From Antedon mediterranea (Eukaryota; Animalia; Echinodermata), in the NCBI RefSeq assembly GCF_964355755.1, contig NC_092674.1, forward strand, positions 31,372,001-31,436,000: a stretch of 64,000 nt of DNA. The letters are read 5' to 3'. This document shows, piece after piece, positions 11,205 through 25,056 of the stretch. Both the position numbers and the translations under genes were made by a program. The notes under the pieces were generated by a model. It was not told the origin of the DNA, ran no database searches, and saw nothing but the letters and a program-made list of their open reading frames with translations. Numbering within the stretch: the first letter of the stretch is position 1; each line of letters begins with the position of its first letter.

Positions 11205-14200
11205 TTTACATTTAAGTTTTGTGGTGTCTACTCGTACGAATTAAATAAAACGCCAGGGGTCAATGATACGACACACATTTTCTCAACAGGCGGACATAGT
11301 CCCCAATAGTACAGATGAAAGTATCAAATATATTTGGTAAATAACACTTTATTTTTTAAGACGACATCCAGGGTAGTCCGGTCGGAAATATTTAACTGTG
11401 TTAACTCCTAATTGAATCTGTTACTATTTATTCCAACTGTTTCCATAGGAGTAAATATATTGATATTTTATCAACAAAATATTTATACATTGTTTATTTT
11501 ACAATGTAAATTGTTTTAAGCATAACATTAATGTATGTTCATTGTAATTACTTCAAATGAAATTCAAATTATTATTATCTTGGGAAACTTTTTAATTTCA
11601 ATTATACAGCTCTAGTAATACAGTAATAATAGTAATAAATAATAATTTATTTGGTAGCTACATTTTTGAAACAGTAATTGATTTAAATATAACCGTTTTT
11701 ATTCAGTATCAAATGTAAAAAGAATTTTAAATCCTGGAATGCTATGCCGACAAAGCCATTGTTATAGTTCGTGAACTCCACAACACAGATTCCTCTTCTC
11801 TACATTGTACATTACCGTATGGTACCAAGGTTAAAACGTAATATTCATTAGTGCTGATATACAATAACTGATTTCATAACAATTATTCTACTTCTCATAA
11901 ATTCACAATACAGTAATTCAGTACAGTAAACATATCTCGAAATTGTTAACAATTTTGACAATAAAGTTATCTTGTATCTTGTACAGTAGGGCATATGTTT
12001 TTAAAAATAGTTTTGAAATAATCTGTGAATTAAATACTTGTTTATAAAGGAATACATTAATTTTACGATATTATTATTATATCACATACCAAACATTATA
12101 AAATAATGCAAACGAAATGAAGTATAGAACCATATTTTGTGATTAACACACATCACGTCGTGGACGTCAAGTGTGTTGCCACATGTTTAACATGTGTTCT
12201 ATAATTTTCAATCAATAATTATTCTTTTAACAGTTTTAAATGACATTTCAATCAATTTTAGTATATTCTAAGATTTTAGTCGTAAATATTCTTTGTGAAT
12301 GAAATGTGCAATGAATCTGCAAGAGGTAATGGACACCGTATAGAATAGATGGCTCATGAATGCTGTATTATAAAAATGGAAAAAAATACATACACATAAT
12401 TTATTTAAAAAAAAAAATTACGGATAGGCCCTAAAAATTAATTATTGCTGCCAATTGACAAATATAAACATCTAAATCCTAAGGCTTATTACTTCAATAG
12501 TATCACTTAAAATTATTTTAATCCTCACTTTATGATAACGGTGCTAGCACAGGACGACAGAAGCATTTTCTCTAGAAATATGAAATTATTGTTATCATAC
12601 AAAAACTTGTTCTAGGCCTATATACAGTACTGTAATTTTATTTTCTATCACTATCATTTATTTTGTTAGTTTCGGTCTATAGACCACCTATGGGTTTTTT
12701 GGAGTGAATTATTGCACAGTCTGAACGTTAAAATTAAGCTAATACAGTATAGGTTGGTGACATGGTCGACAACAAAACATAAAGATAGTGTTTATCAGAC
12801 AGTGTTGAGTGGCTAGTTTCCGAGATGAGTCAAGAACGATTGGACAAATAGAGTGACCAGATAGATGTTACTGTTGATAGGAATGGGTTTTAACATTAAC
12901 CTGTAATGACATATTTGTGAGAGCTACCCCAGCAAGATAGAGAAGATGGAAATGAGGGTTGTCAGTGGTGGGAAAGACTAACTGGCCGAATGAACTGGTC
13001 CATCATGACGTCACATGAGGTCATCAGAAATACACATGCAATATTGTCTAATGGTTTTAATTCGTTAATTGGACAGAAATGGTTAATGAAGAAATATATG
13101 CTATACTAAAATCTATGAAAGTTTGTTTTGGCATGGTCGATTGCTAATGTTCTGTCAAAAAATGGATAAACCTCGGCACAGTAAAAAGAAAATCACTTAA
13201 TGTAGGCCCATACTTCAATAACAAGCAATACTCATGTATATTCACTTACGTCTAAATCAATTGCATTGTAATGAGATTCTATTACACAGAAATATACATG
13301 TTATTCATATCGCATTAAACTGTAGAAAATTACGACCGTTACCGGTATCAAACTTAGATTTACATCATCAGCGATGTAATCAAATTTGGCATTTAATAAG
13401 CATTGCATTATTTGCAGTTTATGCAGAAAGATGAAATAAATTATGAAAAAAAAATCAACGACAACGTAACATCACAAAACAAAGTGTTATTGAAATACTG
13501 CTAGCATTAAATTCATGGAAATATAGGTACCCTACTAATGGATGTTACCGAAAGGCCTATGTCTCCGAGAATGGATGTGTATAATATTATTATTTATTTT
13601 TCATAATGCTTGTTTAGACTGGGCCATTCCCAAGAGGTTCAGTTGGTAAGGTAGATTATAGGATCATGATCACAAACTGTTTTTCTCGCCGTCATTTTGT
13701 AACGAAACATGCTATTTTCAGTTCATTCAGTAGGCCTAAACATTGTATTAGAAAGTGACTATCGACACGAGCAGGCTATGTATATAAAATGGATACAATC
13801 TTGATCAGCATAAAACCAAAGTACTTAAAATCAAGTCCAATCTATCACCCTATTACTACATTTTCAAAACTGCAGGTATAAACATCTACTCTCTAGTATG
13901 TAAATCAGTTGGAATGCTCATGGCATATCTTTAGCGGCACTCAGCGGGGTAAGTTTGTGCATATTGGCTAAAACAAACATTCCTACAGGGTGAAACTGCC
14001 TCTGGTCCCGTGTACTACTCGGTTTACACGGCCCGCTTAGCGTTACCGTAGACATGAAACAAGTCGGGTGAACACTCTATAATCGCTCCGAGGCAAAGTT
14101 GTATTATTTTTACAGATCATTTTCACGATGTTTATCTACAATAGGCCTACAAAACATCAAATGGTGTTTTATAAAGTAGGTAAGACAAGTATTTATCTAG

Positions 14201-17200
14201 ATGAGCACCACTTGTTCATCTAAACGTCCATCAATCATTGCCCTATGCCTAAAATAATATTTGTAGAAACGGTAGTATAACAAAATATTTTTCTATTGGT
14301 TTACGTTTAAGTAAATCAAAACGAAAAGTCAAACAATTCGTTCGTTTGTCCATGGAGTATCAATGGTTTGTCAAACGTTGTTCTAAAGGCAATGCCACAG
14401 TGACGAAAACAACAACAACGACGATTGGAAATAACGTAGGTGATGTTTATGGTTCGTGCAGACGTAATTAGCAGGAGGTAACGTCATGTTTACCAAAATT
14501 ATAATGTAAACAAACATGAAACTCGTCTATTTTAAAGGCCTTTACCAATACAATTAAATTATTTACAACATAGAACATGGAGCTATACAATTATTTATAG
14601 TTCCATGGTAAGATATTTCAAAAGCTCAACAATAATTAAAATATCGTATTGTTACATGATTGATAATTGACTCAATGGAATACAATTGCTATATAATCAT
14701 TTCTGCATTTTCTATTTAGTCACTGCGATGATTTTCAGCGCCATAAAAATATTCATCGCCATCATTGCCTTCAAGCCATTCAGTTTCAATGTCCCGAATC
14801 CGAGAGACAATATTAAAAGCATTTAGAGCTGTGTCGATTATTATTGTAACTTAAGCCTCATATAATGAAATTGAAAACACAGAAATTCCAACAACTAGAA
14901 CCAAGAAAGGCAACAGATAATTATTGAGGTCATACAAGAAATCTATACTTATGTCCGAGATTTAGACTACGCGCTCGTGCGTTTAGACTACGCGCTCGTG
15001 CGTTAAGGTCTAAATGTTTTAAAAAAATGGATGTTAAATTGTTCGAAAAAATTACGACGTATTAGAAAAAATTGTAAAAATGTAATAAATGTAAAATTTT
15101 GTGCGTGCGTTAAGGTCTAAATGATTTTTAAAAACATTGATGTGTAGGCCTAATGTCCGGAAAAACGACGTAGGCCTATTACAAAAAATTATATAATTAG
15201 GCTTTACTGCATATATTTTTGTACGATAATAATTACGGCGGTTTGTAAAACTTTATGCTTGCATATGAATGAAGACACTATTTATCGTCGGTGTACATTT
15301 TCTATTTATCATTTCCCGATTTTCTTGGATTCTAACCAGCATTTTGTCTAAGTTTATAACTGGTTTATTTCAATCAGAACATCGTCTTTTTAGATAGCGA
15401 ACACATACATATTGTATTTTAGACATTATGACTAATGGCCTATGTCTATTGTTGCTAAATTTAAGTTTGGAAAGTATTACAACATCTGACTTTGAAATAG
15501 ATTTTAAGTACACTCTAGATTTTAAGTACAGCATTAATATTTTGTATATATTTTTCGTTTATTGTTTTAAATCAATATTGTAATATTTACAAGATATTTT
15601 CATTTTCATCCAAATCGTTTATTGACCTATCCATTTTTACATTACTTTATCCAAATACACACGTACTACTTAAGTCGCTACTTAAAGATTTCTGAGACTA
15701 ATATGCCCTACAGAAAAACATTCGATACGCTAGCTAATGTCTCCAGGTATCAATTCTTTATACATGCCCTTAATAGTATCTGTGCCAATAATAATCTATG
15801 ATTGTATTTCTATCGTCCATAAACTATTCTTCTTGCATAAAATACCGCACAATTGTATTGTAATTTATTCCTAAGACCTTTCAATATTCTATCTATACAT
15901 AATTTGCCGTAGGCCTATTTTGAAGCGAGCAATGACGATTCTATTACGGCTAGTTTGTTTATTAATCTACTTGAAGAGAAAAGCCTTTACTAAGTGAATA
16001 TTAAATCAACGACCGAAAGCGATTAAGAACTTCACAAAGAAATATCATTACGTTGTGTTTTTGTCATTTTGTTTGTTTCAAGTTTCAACAACATTGTAAC
16101 GGTTACTTTATTTTGTATGAAAGATCTGAACAAAATCTTACCAACTTTGTTTTTCTTAGTTAAATGTTCAAGTTAACTATTTTAGAATTGTTATTTATTG
16201 TAAATATTTTCATTTGATAAACTGGCAAAGAACATCAATGCGCCCTCTAGAAAAACATTTTCAATATTTTTCCCATCAATCTATTTAGATTATAAATTCA
16301 TTTCTTTTATTTCAAGCAAACTTTTGAATAAGTTGATTTTACTGCCTAAATACGAAATGCAACTTTCACTCGAAGATACGAACTGTGTACCTATTTTAAC
16401 TCTTTAATTCAACTTTAAAATTTATCCTATGGCAACCAACAAAATACAAAGAGATTGTTTGTATTTGCATTTCACATTTTTATAACATCAATAATATTTA
16501 AAGATACTCCGTGAAAAAATAATGTGACAACAATAGGCAATTTTAATTTCACATAATAGTCATTCACTTTGATGAAAATTAATTATCTGTCGTAATTAAC
16601 AAAAAGGAAATCAATTGAACTCATAATTTTTATTTTGGTGGAAAAAAGTGAATCCGAAATTGAAAGTTTCATTATATATTGTATATTGTGAAATTGTATA
16701 TATATCAAAAAAATAATTATAACTTAATACTATAAATTGTATATTGTATTTTTAAATTTTAATTTTGATAATAAATAGTATTTGTTTGTATAAACTTTTA
16801 AAATGTTTGTTATAATTGTAATATTTGTCTATTGTTTATTAATAATTATGTAGTTTTCCCTGTACTTGTAGACAAGTAAAAGTATAAGCTTATTTGAATT
16901 TCTATATAATAGAAATAAATAATTGCGAAACTTTTATATGAAAAATAATCATAATAATTTAGTATTTTTTTTATAATCTCCTTTTTTCGTTTTTTCATAT
17001 GCTCCCGTTCATATGTAATTAAGATTGTTTGCTTGCTTTTTTTTTTTTGTGTTCTTCTTTGTTTTATATTTGTAAATAACAGGTTTGCCCTCTTGGATTG
17101 TTGTGATTTTTTTATACCGAATAAATAAATAAAATAAATAAATAACAAATATTTCATGTTGCGGTGGACAATATATATTTAAGTTGCCTCTAACACTACA

Positions 17201-17231
17201 ATCTCTCTATCGAAATACTGAATATTTTGTA

Positions 17232-17966
17232 ATCGGATCTGCTTCTTTCCGATGTACTGTGTGTTTTCATCGCACATCATCTTAGTTAATTCATCGGATC
17301 TGCTTCGTTCCGATGTACTGTATGTTAACATCGCACATCATCTTAGTTAATTCATCGGATCTGTTTCGTTCCGATATACTGTGTGTTTACATCGCACATC
17401 ATCTTAGTTAATTCATCGGATCTGCTTCGTTCCGATGTACTGTGTGTTTATATCGCACATCATCTTAGTTAATTCATCGGATCTGCTTCTTTCTGATGTA
17501 CTGAATTTTTATATCGCACATCATCTTAGTTAATTCATCGGATCTGCTTCGTTCCGATGTACTGTGTGTTTATATCGCACATCATCTTAGTTAATTCATC
17601 GGATCTGCTTCTTTCTGATGTACTGAATTTTTATATCGCACATCATCTTAGTTAATTCATCGGATCTGCTTCGTTCCGATGTACTGTGTGTTTATATCGC
17701 ACATCATCTTAGTTAATTCATCGGATCTGCTTCTTTCCAATGTACTGTATGTTTATATCGCACATCATCTTAGTTAATTCATCGGATCTGCTTCGTTCCG
17801 ATGTACTGTGTGTTTATATCGCACATCATCTTAGTTAATTCATCGGATCTGCTTCGTTCCGATGTACTGTGTGTTTATATCGCACATCATCTTAGTTAAT
17901 TCATCGGATCTGCTTCGTTCCGATGTACTGTATGTTAACATCGCATATCATCTTAGCTAATTCATC
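17232..17966. repeat. 61-bp minisatellite, 12 copies
   Basis: Unit ATCGGATCTGCTTCGTTCCGATGTACTGTGTGTTTATATCGCACATCATCTTAGTTAATTC. Confidence 0.95.
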
Positions 17967-19844
17967 AGAACAAATATCAGTCAACACCAGCTTGAGGTCA
18001 GCCACACGTACGAATCAAAAACAGATACATGTACCGTAAGTTGTGTCTGCTTAAATTGCCAACTTAAACAGCTTGTTCTTAAGTCTTCAAGAAGTCTATT
18101 CGTGATCAGGGAGATATCTCTATTCACATATGTCTACCTCAGGCAAGCACGTATAACATAAAACTATGATTTTTATAACACATCTTGAAAAAAAGTTTCT
18201 TCAAAATACAACATACGCAAAAGGTCAGATGAACAAATGAAAAATAGATAAGTTTTGAGTCCTGTCTACACTAATTATCGTGTACTGAAACGTAACCTGC
18301 ACTGAGATACTACCGCTGTTCGTCGGGTTTCAAATAAGGACACTTTCACATATCTGCGCTGTTTTCGAAATTAGTCGATTTGAGACTACAAATATCGGCC
18401 AGTTGTTGAAGTCGTAAATCTATCAAGCTAAATGCCTTTTACTCGCTAATTAACAGTTTTCAAACTGTTAAGAAATTAATACATGTGTGGAGAAGAAACT
18501 ATTGCAATATTACGGCCTTTATTAATATCACCACACACGTCACGTCATGAATTGTGTATGAATGAGAAGTGAAATGTCAACTACGGTATTACACAAATAA
18601 CACTGTATACCGGTAACACTGTATAGTGGATTTGATCGAGCAAGCAGATTGTTTCACCTGATTAATATACTTAAGTTGTGTGATTGTTTTAATTAATCAG
18701 CTTTTTACAATCGAATTGGATCTGCGAAGACCCATGAAGCTGGAATAAGACCACGCCCGCAGACAAAATTGTTTGAACCTGAGGTGAGCCGAGACACATC
18801 CTTGTTTGCGTTCGCGTGTAATACTGTAAGTTGTAATTTCGATGTTACCTGGCCACATCAGAGAAGGTACATTTTTACAATATAACTAATCTATGAGTTG
18901 AGATAACCTTAAAGTAGGTGGTAAAGTAATTTATCTGGAGAGTGTTCTCACTCGCCTATTTACAAACCATTAGCTGTCTTTAATAGCCGGCACGCATACC
19001 GTTAATAAATCACATTATATTCGAATGCTTAATGCATTTTTGTACTATTAATCGTTGAACATGAATAAATTGAATAAAATCGAAATCAATTTAAACGTGA
19101 TATTATTACAATTTTGTAACGGCATTTGTTTTATAGTTACAAAAATATATTTACAATCGCCGGAATTGTTTAGAATAACGGTAAACAACAACATGTATAC
19201 GCGCAATGCATAAACGTTTGTTTATCGGAATTATCAAATCACATATTATCGTGTTATTGTAACAATTCAAGTGAATATAAGTCATATTACTAATTTATTT
19301 AATTCAATTTAAACACGAAGCTGATGACAAGGGGAAGGGGTACATTAAACTCTAGCGATAAATAACTACCCTGGGGATATAGACCAACTGTTATATGAGC
19401 TAGCTGTATTATGGTTACTAGGCAACGTACTAGGAAGGGGTAAATATAACAACACAATCCCCAGGAGACGTCACCCGATATCGTCAAGCAATACATGTTT
19501 GTGTCGTCACTTAATCACAATGCCTCCCCCAATCATTTACAGTTTTTGAGATGAATAGGAAACTAGTAAATTGTAGATGATAAACAGAACGGGTAAATAG
19601 AATCCCACGAGAGAGCACTTTATGTAGTACTGTACATTATTAGTAACCATTCGATGTATTGAACAAGAGGGGAATTGGACTTCTCAATTCTGGTCTGAAT
19701 ATTGAGATTCTCCATGATATAACATATTCACTTGAAACTTTGTAATCACAAGGGAAGAAAGGGGACAACATTTCCATTAAAAAAAGAATGATCACCGCGC
19801 TAAAAGGATCATTTGCTCGATGAGATGCTTATGAGAGGACGACA

Positions 19845-20540
19845 TTTAAATTGCTCAAAACAAAATGGTTAGACTCATAAAAGGAGTTGAACCCAGAAGA
19901 CATATAGGTGCTGATCAATTAGACGATTATGGATTGTTAAATGTAAAATATCGAGTAAAGTTCTTGCAAATTAGCCAAGTTCATAAAATATTTATGGGCA
20001 GAAGTGCTTCATACCTAAACGAAAACTTTCGTAGAGTTAATAACTTACATGGTCACTTCACTCGTGGTAGTAAACTCAATTTTGTTGTACCTAAAGTCCA
20101 AGGCATAGAATGTAATACGTTCTATTTTAATGCAATCAGAGAATGGAATAACCTTCCTGACTATATTAAACAAATTTCCAACACATCTAAATTTAAAACT
20201 GAATTGAAACAATATTACAAAATTAAACATAGATAAATTATTATTGTGCCATTATATCAGATGTTTTGCTTATATGCTTATATATTTATGAACCCCGTCT
20301 TATAATGTTTGTTTTGTTAAAATTATAATTACTATCTTTTTAGGGACCACATTGGAATTAAGTTGTTTTACTTTAAACAACTTTATGTGTTTTCCCGTGC
20401 ATCGTCAGACTTCATTAATCCCGCCATTTTTATTTGCTTTTTTGATGTACATGTATATTAATATTTAAGGTGATTTTATATATTATTGATGTATTTTTAA
20501 TGTTATTTATTGAGATGCCAAATAAATGAAAGAAAGAAAG
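19845..20540 (+). mobile_element. 5'-truncated LINE (CR1/L2/Crack-group) ORF2 C-terminus plus 3'UTR
   Basis: ORF 19865-20236 ends in the TFYFNAIREWNNLP...FKTELK motif typical of these LINEs, followed by an AT-rich 3'UTR, AATAAA and a (GAAA)n tail. Confidence 0.8.
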
Positions 20541-21189
20541 ACAATGAAGCGGATATCAACAATGAAGGAATAGGCAATGAAGAATGGTGGCCATGGATGA
20601 AAAACAAAGTTGGATGACAGAACGAACAACTATTCAAATTCAGCCATAATCAAATACAGTATAATTATTAAATATTTGAATAAAATAATGCTTTCAGTTT
20701 TACATAGTGTGTGATTGAATCATGTCGGCGGACATTGCACTTAGAGGGTGCACTTTACAGCGTATTTCGGTGGTAATCATGACTTTATGTATGCATCAAC
20801 AACCCTAAGCCCTATGGGCTTCCCCTTCAATTTAAGCTTCCTAAGAGATTCCCTCAATGGGTGATTCTAACATGAGAATTTCATAGTTGAATAATTTCTA
20901 GGCCATTCACAATATACTGACAGTACTCATCTAGGAATGGTGTCTACACTCAACTCCTCCAGGCCTTCACAAAATCACATCCGTTAGTTTGTAGAAATGC
21001 ATCACGTGACGTGCTTTATATTGGGAACGTATGTTTCTAGTGAGAGAACATACTTTTCTCACAGTCTGCACTTTATAAATCCTGCATTCAGACACTCAAA
21101 ATACTTGTAGGCCTACAAACTTTAGGCAAGTTACTTCACTCACGCACTTTTATACACTGGTTTTTCATTTAATTTCAAAAGCTGAAACA

Positions 21190-21256
21190 GCTGAGCTCCT
21201 ATAGGACGCAACAGTTGCGCTTACGTCCTTGTTGCGTCCTAGTGGGAACCAAGCTT
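21190..21256. mobile_element. MITE family A internally deleted copy
   Basis: AGGACGCAAC...GTTGCGTCCT-AGTGGGAACCAAGCT. Confidence 0.5.
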
Positions 21257-21715
21257 AAAAACCCAAGTTAAAAATAGTAATACAAACATTTCTATTATTT
21301 AAACAAATTTGTGGGATATTATTTATCATTTCTGTCACGTTCGTCTTAGTGTTAAATAGCTGTTATAAACAGACGGTTCATTCGTCTTTCAGCATTCTCA
21401 TTGAAAATCTTTATTAGTTTAAAAAGCATAACAATGTTCATTTTGTCGTTGCCAAAATACTAAGTGACCCTAATCATATGTTTTACCAATAGTGTATTGC
21501 TTACTGAAATAAACTGGTATGGAACGCCAGACCTGCAACCTATAGAGATTCCGTTAAAAAGGACAAGGAACGTTAAGGAACTATCTGACGGAAGATTAAT
21601 TCAATTATTTCAATAAGAACTGCTAAATGAATGTATTGACAATAACAATCGAACAATTGGAGCTATGATACCTAAAAAGTTAACAATAGAATTACATCAA
21701 GAGTAGTAGGCTTAA

Positions 21716-21968
21716 TGTACAATGAAGTAATTGGTCAATACACCAAGATTAGACAATGTTATAGTAACGGTCAACAATACCTCTACGTACAATAAAGTGA
21801 TTGGTCAATTTAGCAAGATTAGACAATGTTATAGTAACGGTCAACAATACCTCTACGTACAATAAAGTGATTGGTCAATATACCAAGATTAGACAATGTT
21901 ATAGTAACGGTCAACAATACCTCTACGTACAATAAAGTGATTTGTCAATTTAGCAAGATTGGACAATA
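21716..21968. repeat. 70-bp tandem repeat, about 3.5 copies
   Basis: AAGTGATTGGTCAAT...AAGATTAGACAATGTTATAGTAACGGTCAACAATACCTCTACGTACAATA at 70-bp spacing. Confidence 0.9.
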
Positions 21969-22237
21969 TCCTTTGTATAAAGGAGTAACGGTCAATACAG
22001 GTAGGTGTATACATCACACGATTAACCAGAGTACATTTGTTATTTTGGAAGATTTAAAACAACGGATTACTGTTCCGTAAACCTTTTCCTAATATCCTTA
22101 CTAATCCCTCCCTAATTGCTGTATCAAATTCACTACTATGAAATAAGGATGAACATTCCTTCTTAATTATTAAGTAGAATCAACGACATAGACAATTGAT
22201 TACCTCATTAAAGGGTATTCATATTAATGTCATCTTA

Positions 22238-22380
22238 AGCTGGGTTCCCACATAAGACGCAACGCAATGAATTTGTTCACAACGTGATGGATCATCCAAA
22301 CTGTCGCTTGTAATTGGTCAACTCACTTGCGTTGCGCGTACGTCATTGCACTGCGTCGAAAAGTGGATCGGACCAAACTT
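22238..22380. mobile_element. MITE family A copy
   Basis: AGCTGGGTTCCCAC..GACGCAACGCAA...TTGCGTTGCG...AGTGG. Confidence 0.65.
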
Positions 22381-23646
22381 TAAAGTGATTTGGATGTCTC
22401 AGAGTAGATTGAGTTTATTCCAGCGAGCCGCCCCAACAAAAACGACACAGATTTTGGATATCGTTGAAAGTGGAACATGGTCAACGGGTCCGTCACTAGT
22501 TGGCATATAAATATTGTTATGAATGTTTAATTGCGAGCATTTTGGGACGTGATCGCAGTTGAACTCTCGTAACCCTAGCATAGTTATGTCAGGGCTAAGA
22601 AAGCTAACATGATGTGATGACTCCCTTACAATGAAAATATACACACACATACAATTACTAATAATTTTATAGCGTTTGATTTAAATGTTTTGTATTTCTT
22701 TTGTCATATTTAATAGTAATGATTTATACGAATTCTTAATTCTTTCCTTGTTTACCTTTTAGTTGAATAATACTTTAATAAATATTATTGATTAACCTAA
22801 ATATTTTCAGCAGTGATGTGTGTTATATTTGTTTTCGTTTCCCATTAATTTCTATTATTCTACTACAGTGTACAAATTCTGTATCGACAACGTGTTAGCT
22901 TTTTCTGTCAACTGTCATGTGTGCGCATTTTTTCCATCAATGCTTAAGTCAAAGCTTTCTAGAATTGCGTATCAACAAAATAGGCCTATATTTATTGAAT
23001 ATGAACAAAATTAATTAGACATTATAGCCCATGTAACGAAGACTTTTGAATGAAATTAATAACTCATTACATGTTGCATTTTAATCATGACTAATTATTA
23101 ATATTTTAATTGAATAATTTCAGTTTTTGCCAAATGTAACGACTCGCAGGCGCCATAGTATTGATCTCAACGTATTACGATGTCTTACTTCTGTTTTTGG
23201 CAAACGTTGATCTGTTCATCTGATGTTTTAGCTGCTATGACAACAACACTAACATGAATATGAGTTTCAACAGACAATAATTAGAGCAAGACATTTCCCG
23301 CGTTTTTTATTGGATAGATGACCGATTTCGGCATCTTGGTGCAGTTATACGAGAACGTATACCTGTCCCCAAGGCATTCGATTCACCCTTGCTGACGCCG
23401 TCCTAAAGTGGTAGCAAGTACAGGTGATAAATCGTTTACATTGTTGAAAAGAAACGAGTAACTAGTCTATTAAAAAAATGGTGTAACCTTGCTCGATGGT
23501 ATGGTTCAAATCCGGCGTGATTCAAAAAATGCTTTTGTATACGAATTATGTATTGCCATTATTATGTGATCATCTATTAATTGTTAATCATTTTTTACAT
23601 GCAGTCATTTTTGTAGGGTTTATATACACAAGTTATATAATTGTTA

Positions 23647-24346
23647 AACAGAATATACAGTTGTAAAACGCGATGAATCACAGTGGAAGGAAACAAAGAA
23701 GCTGGGTTCATTATTAGGCGATGCCGAGGACATAAAGAGAAGGAAACAACTCGCAACAGTCGCGCTTAGTAAACAATGTCTGGATACGAAAAGATAAAGT
23801 GAAAGAAGAAACACGCATGAAGCTTTACTATTCGTTTGTCAAACCCATACTGACCTACAACTGTGGAACATGGGGTTTAACCAAAGAGGAGGAAACTAAA
23901 TTAGATACATATCATAGACGCCAATTAAGGAATATAATAAGAGTTCGGTATCAACAAAGGATTTCTAACATACATTTATATAACAGATGCAACGCACGAC
24001 CCTTATCTTTAGAAATCGTCGAAGCACGATGGAAGCTTTTCGGACATATATTGAGAAAAGATGGAATACACCAGCAAATCTGGCCATAAAGTTCTACTTC
24101 ACAAACACAAAACACAGGGTAGGCCTAAATGCACACTTCCAGTTACTTTAAACAATGACATAAAAAAGGTGAACCCCCCCTAGTATGACGAGGCTGGAGA
24201 CAATGAAAGATGTTGACTATTTTAGAAAGTTGGCCAACAAACGAAAGGAATGGAGAAACCTGGTACAAAGAGTAAGCAAGGCAGCCCAGGCGAAGAAATC
24301 AGAAGATTACTCAGCGAAGAGGCACTAAATAATAATAACAATAATA
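23647..24346 (+). mobile_element. 5'-truncated RTE-clade LINE with frameshifts
   Basis: KKLGSLL...DIKRRKQLA, frameshift, then KLYYSFVKPILTYNCGTW...RWKLFGHILR; (TAA)n tail; 12-bp target-site duplication ATATAATTGTTA at 23635-23646 and 24347-24358. Confidence 0.85.
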
Positions 24347-24914
24347 ATATAATTGTTATGTGTCCTGATTAATATAAATATAATAATTATAAATTAAAAA
24401 TGTGATTTATTAAAATACGAAGAATCAAATTTAGATAAACATTTTTATAGTGTAGGCCTATAGACTTGCTTTTGTATTTATTTATGCTCCTATCTAAAAA
24501 CAGCGACCAAACGATGTAAGTTGCTGTATTATAATGATGACATTTTAAAAACCGTAAAAAGCGTTTGATATTCTTGCTTTTTCTCCTGAATTGCCCAAGG
24601 CACCATTTGGCGAGGATGATACTAACTAAAAGTGATCCATTCAATACACATATTCTTGTTCTAAATTAACTTATGTAAATATCTGATCGATGCAGCATAC
24701 ATATTAAGTTTTAGCTTCTGAATAAATGATAAAATAATCGTTTCTTCGAAAAAAAAAAAATTATCGACTTCAGTTCTCGAATTATTCATCCGTTAATTAT
24801 ATCTTCCCATACAAAATATAATTTTGTGTTGATTTTAACTATTCATTCTGATTCGCGGTAAACGATATTTTTTGTTTCCATTAAAAAAAAAAATTAAAAC
24901 GATGCTAGGAAACT

Positions 24915-25056
24915 TCATGTTTTATGTGACAACAAAAAGTGATGTGCCCATATGTACACGAGGATGTTATATCACTACCATATTTGGGTATATCACTACC
25001 ATATTTGGGCACATAACACCTTTTTTGTCAAACTAGTTTGATAGTGTAGTGCTTTA
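24915..25056. mobile_element. MITE family B copy
   Basis: TTTATGTGAC...GTGATGTGCCCATAT...CACTACCATATTTGGG...TTTGTCAAACTAGTTTGATAGTGTAG. Confidence 0.65.
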
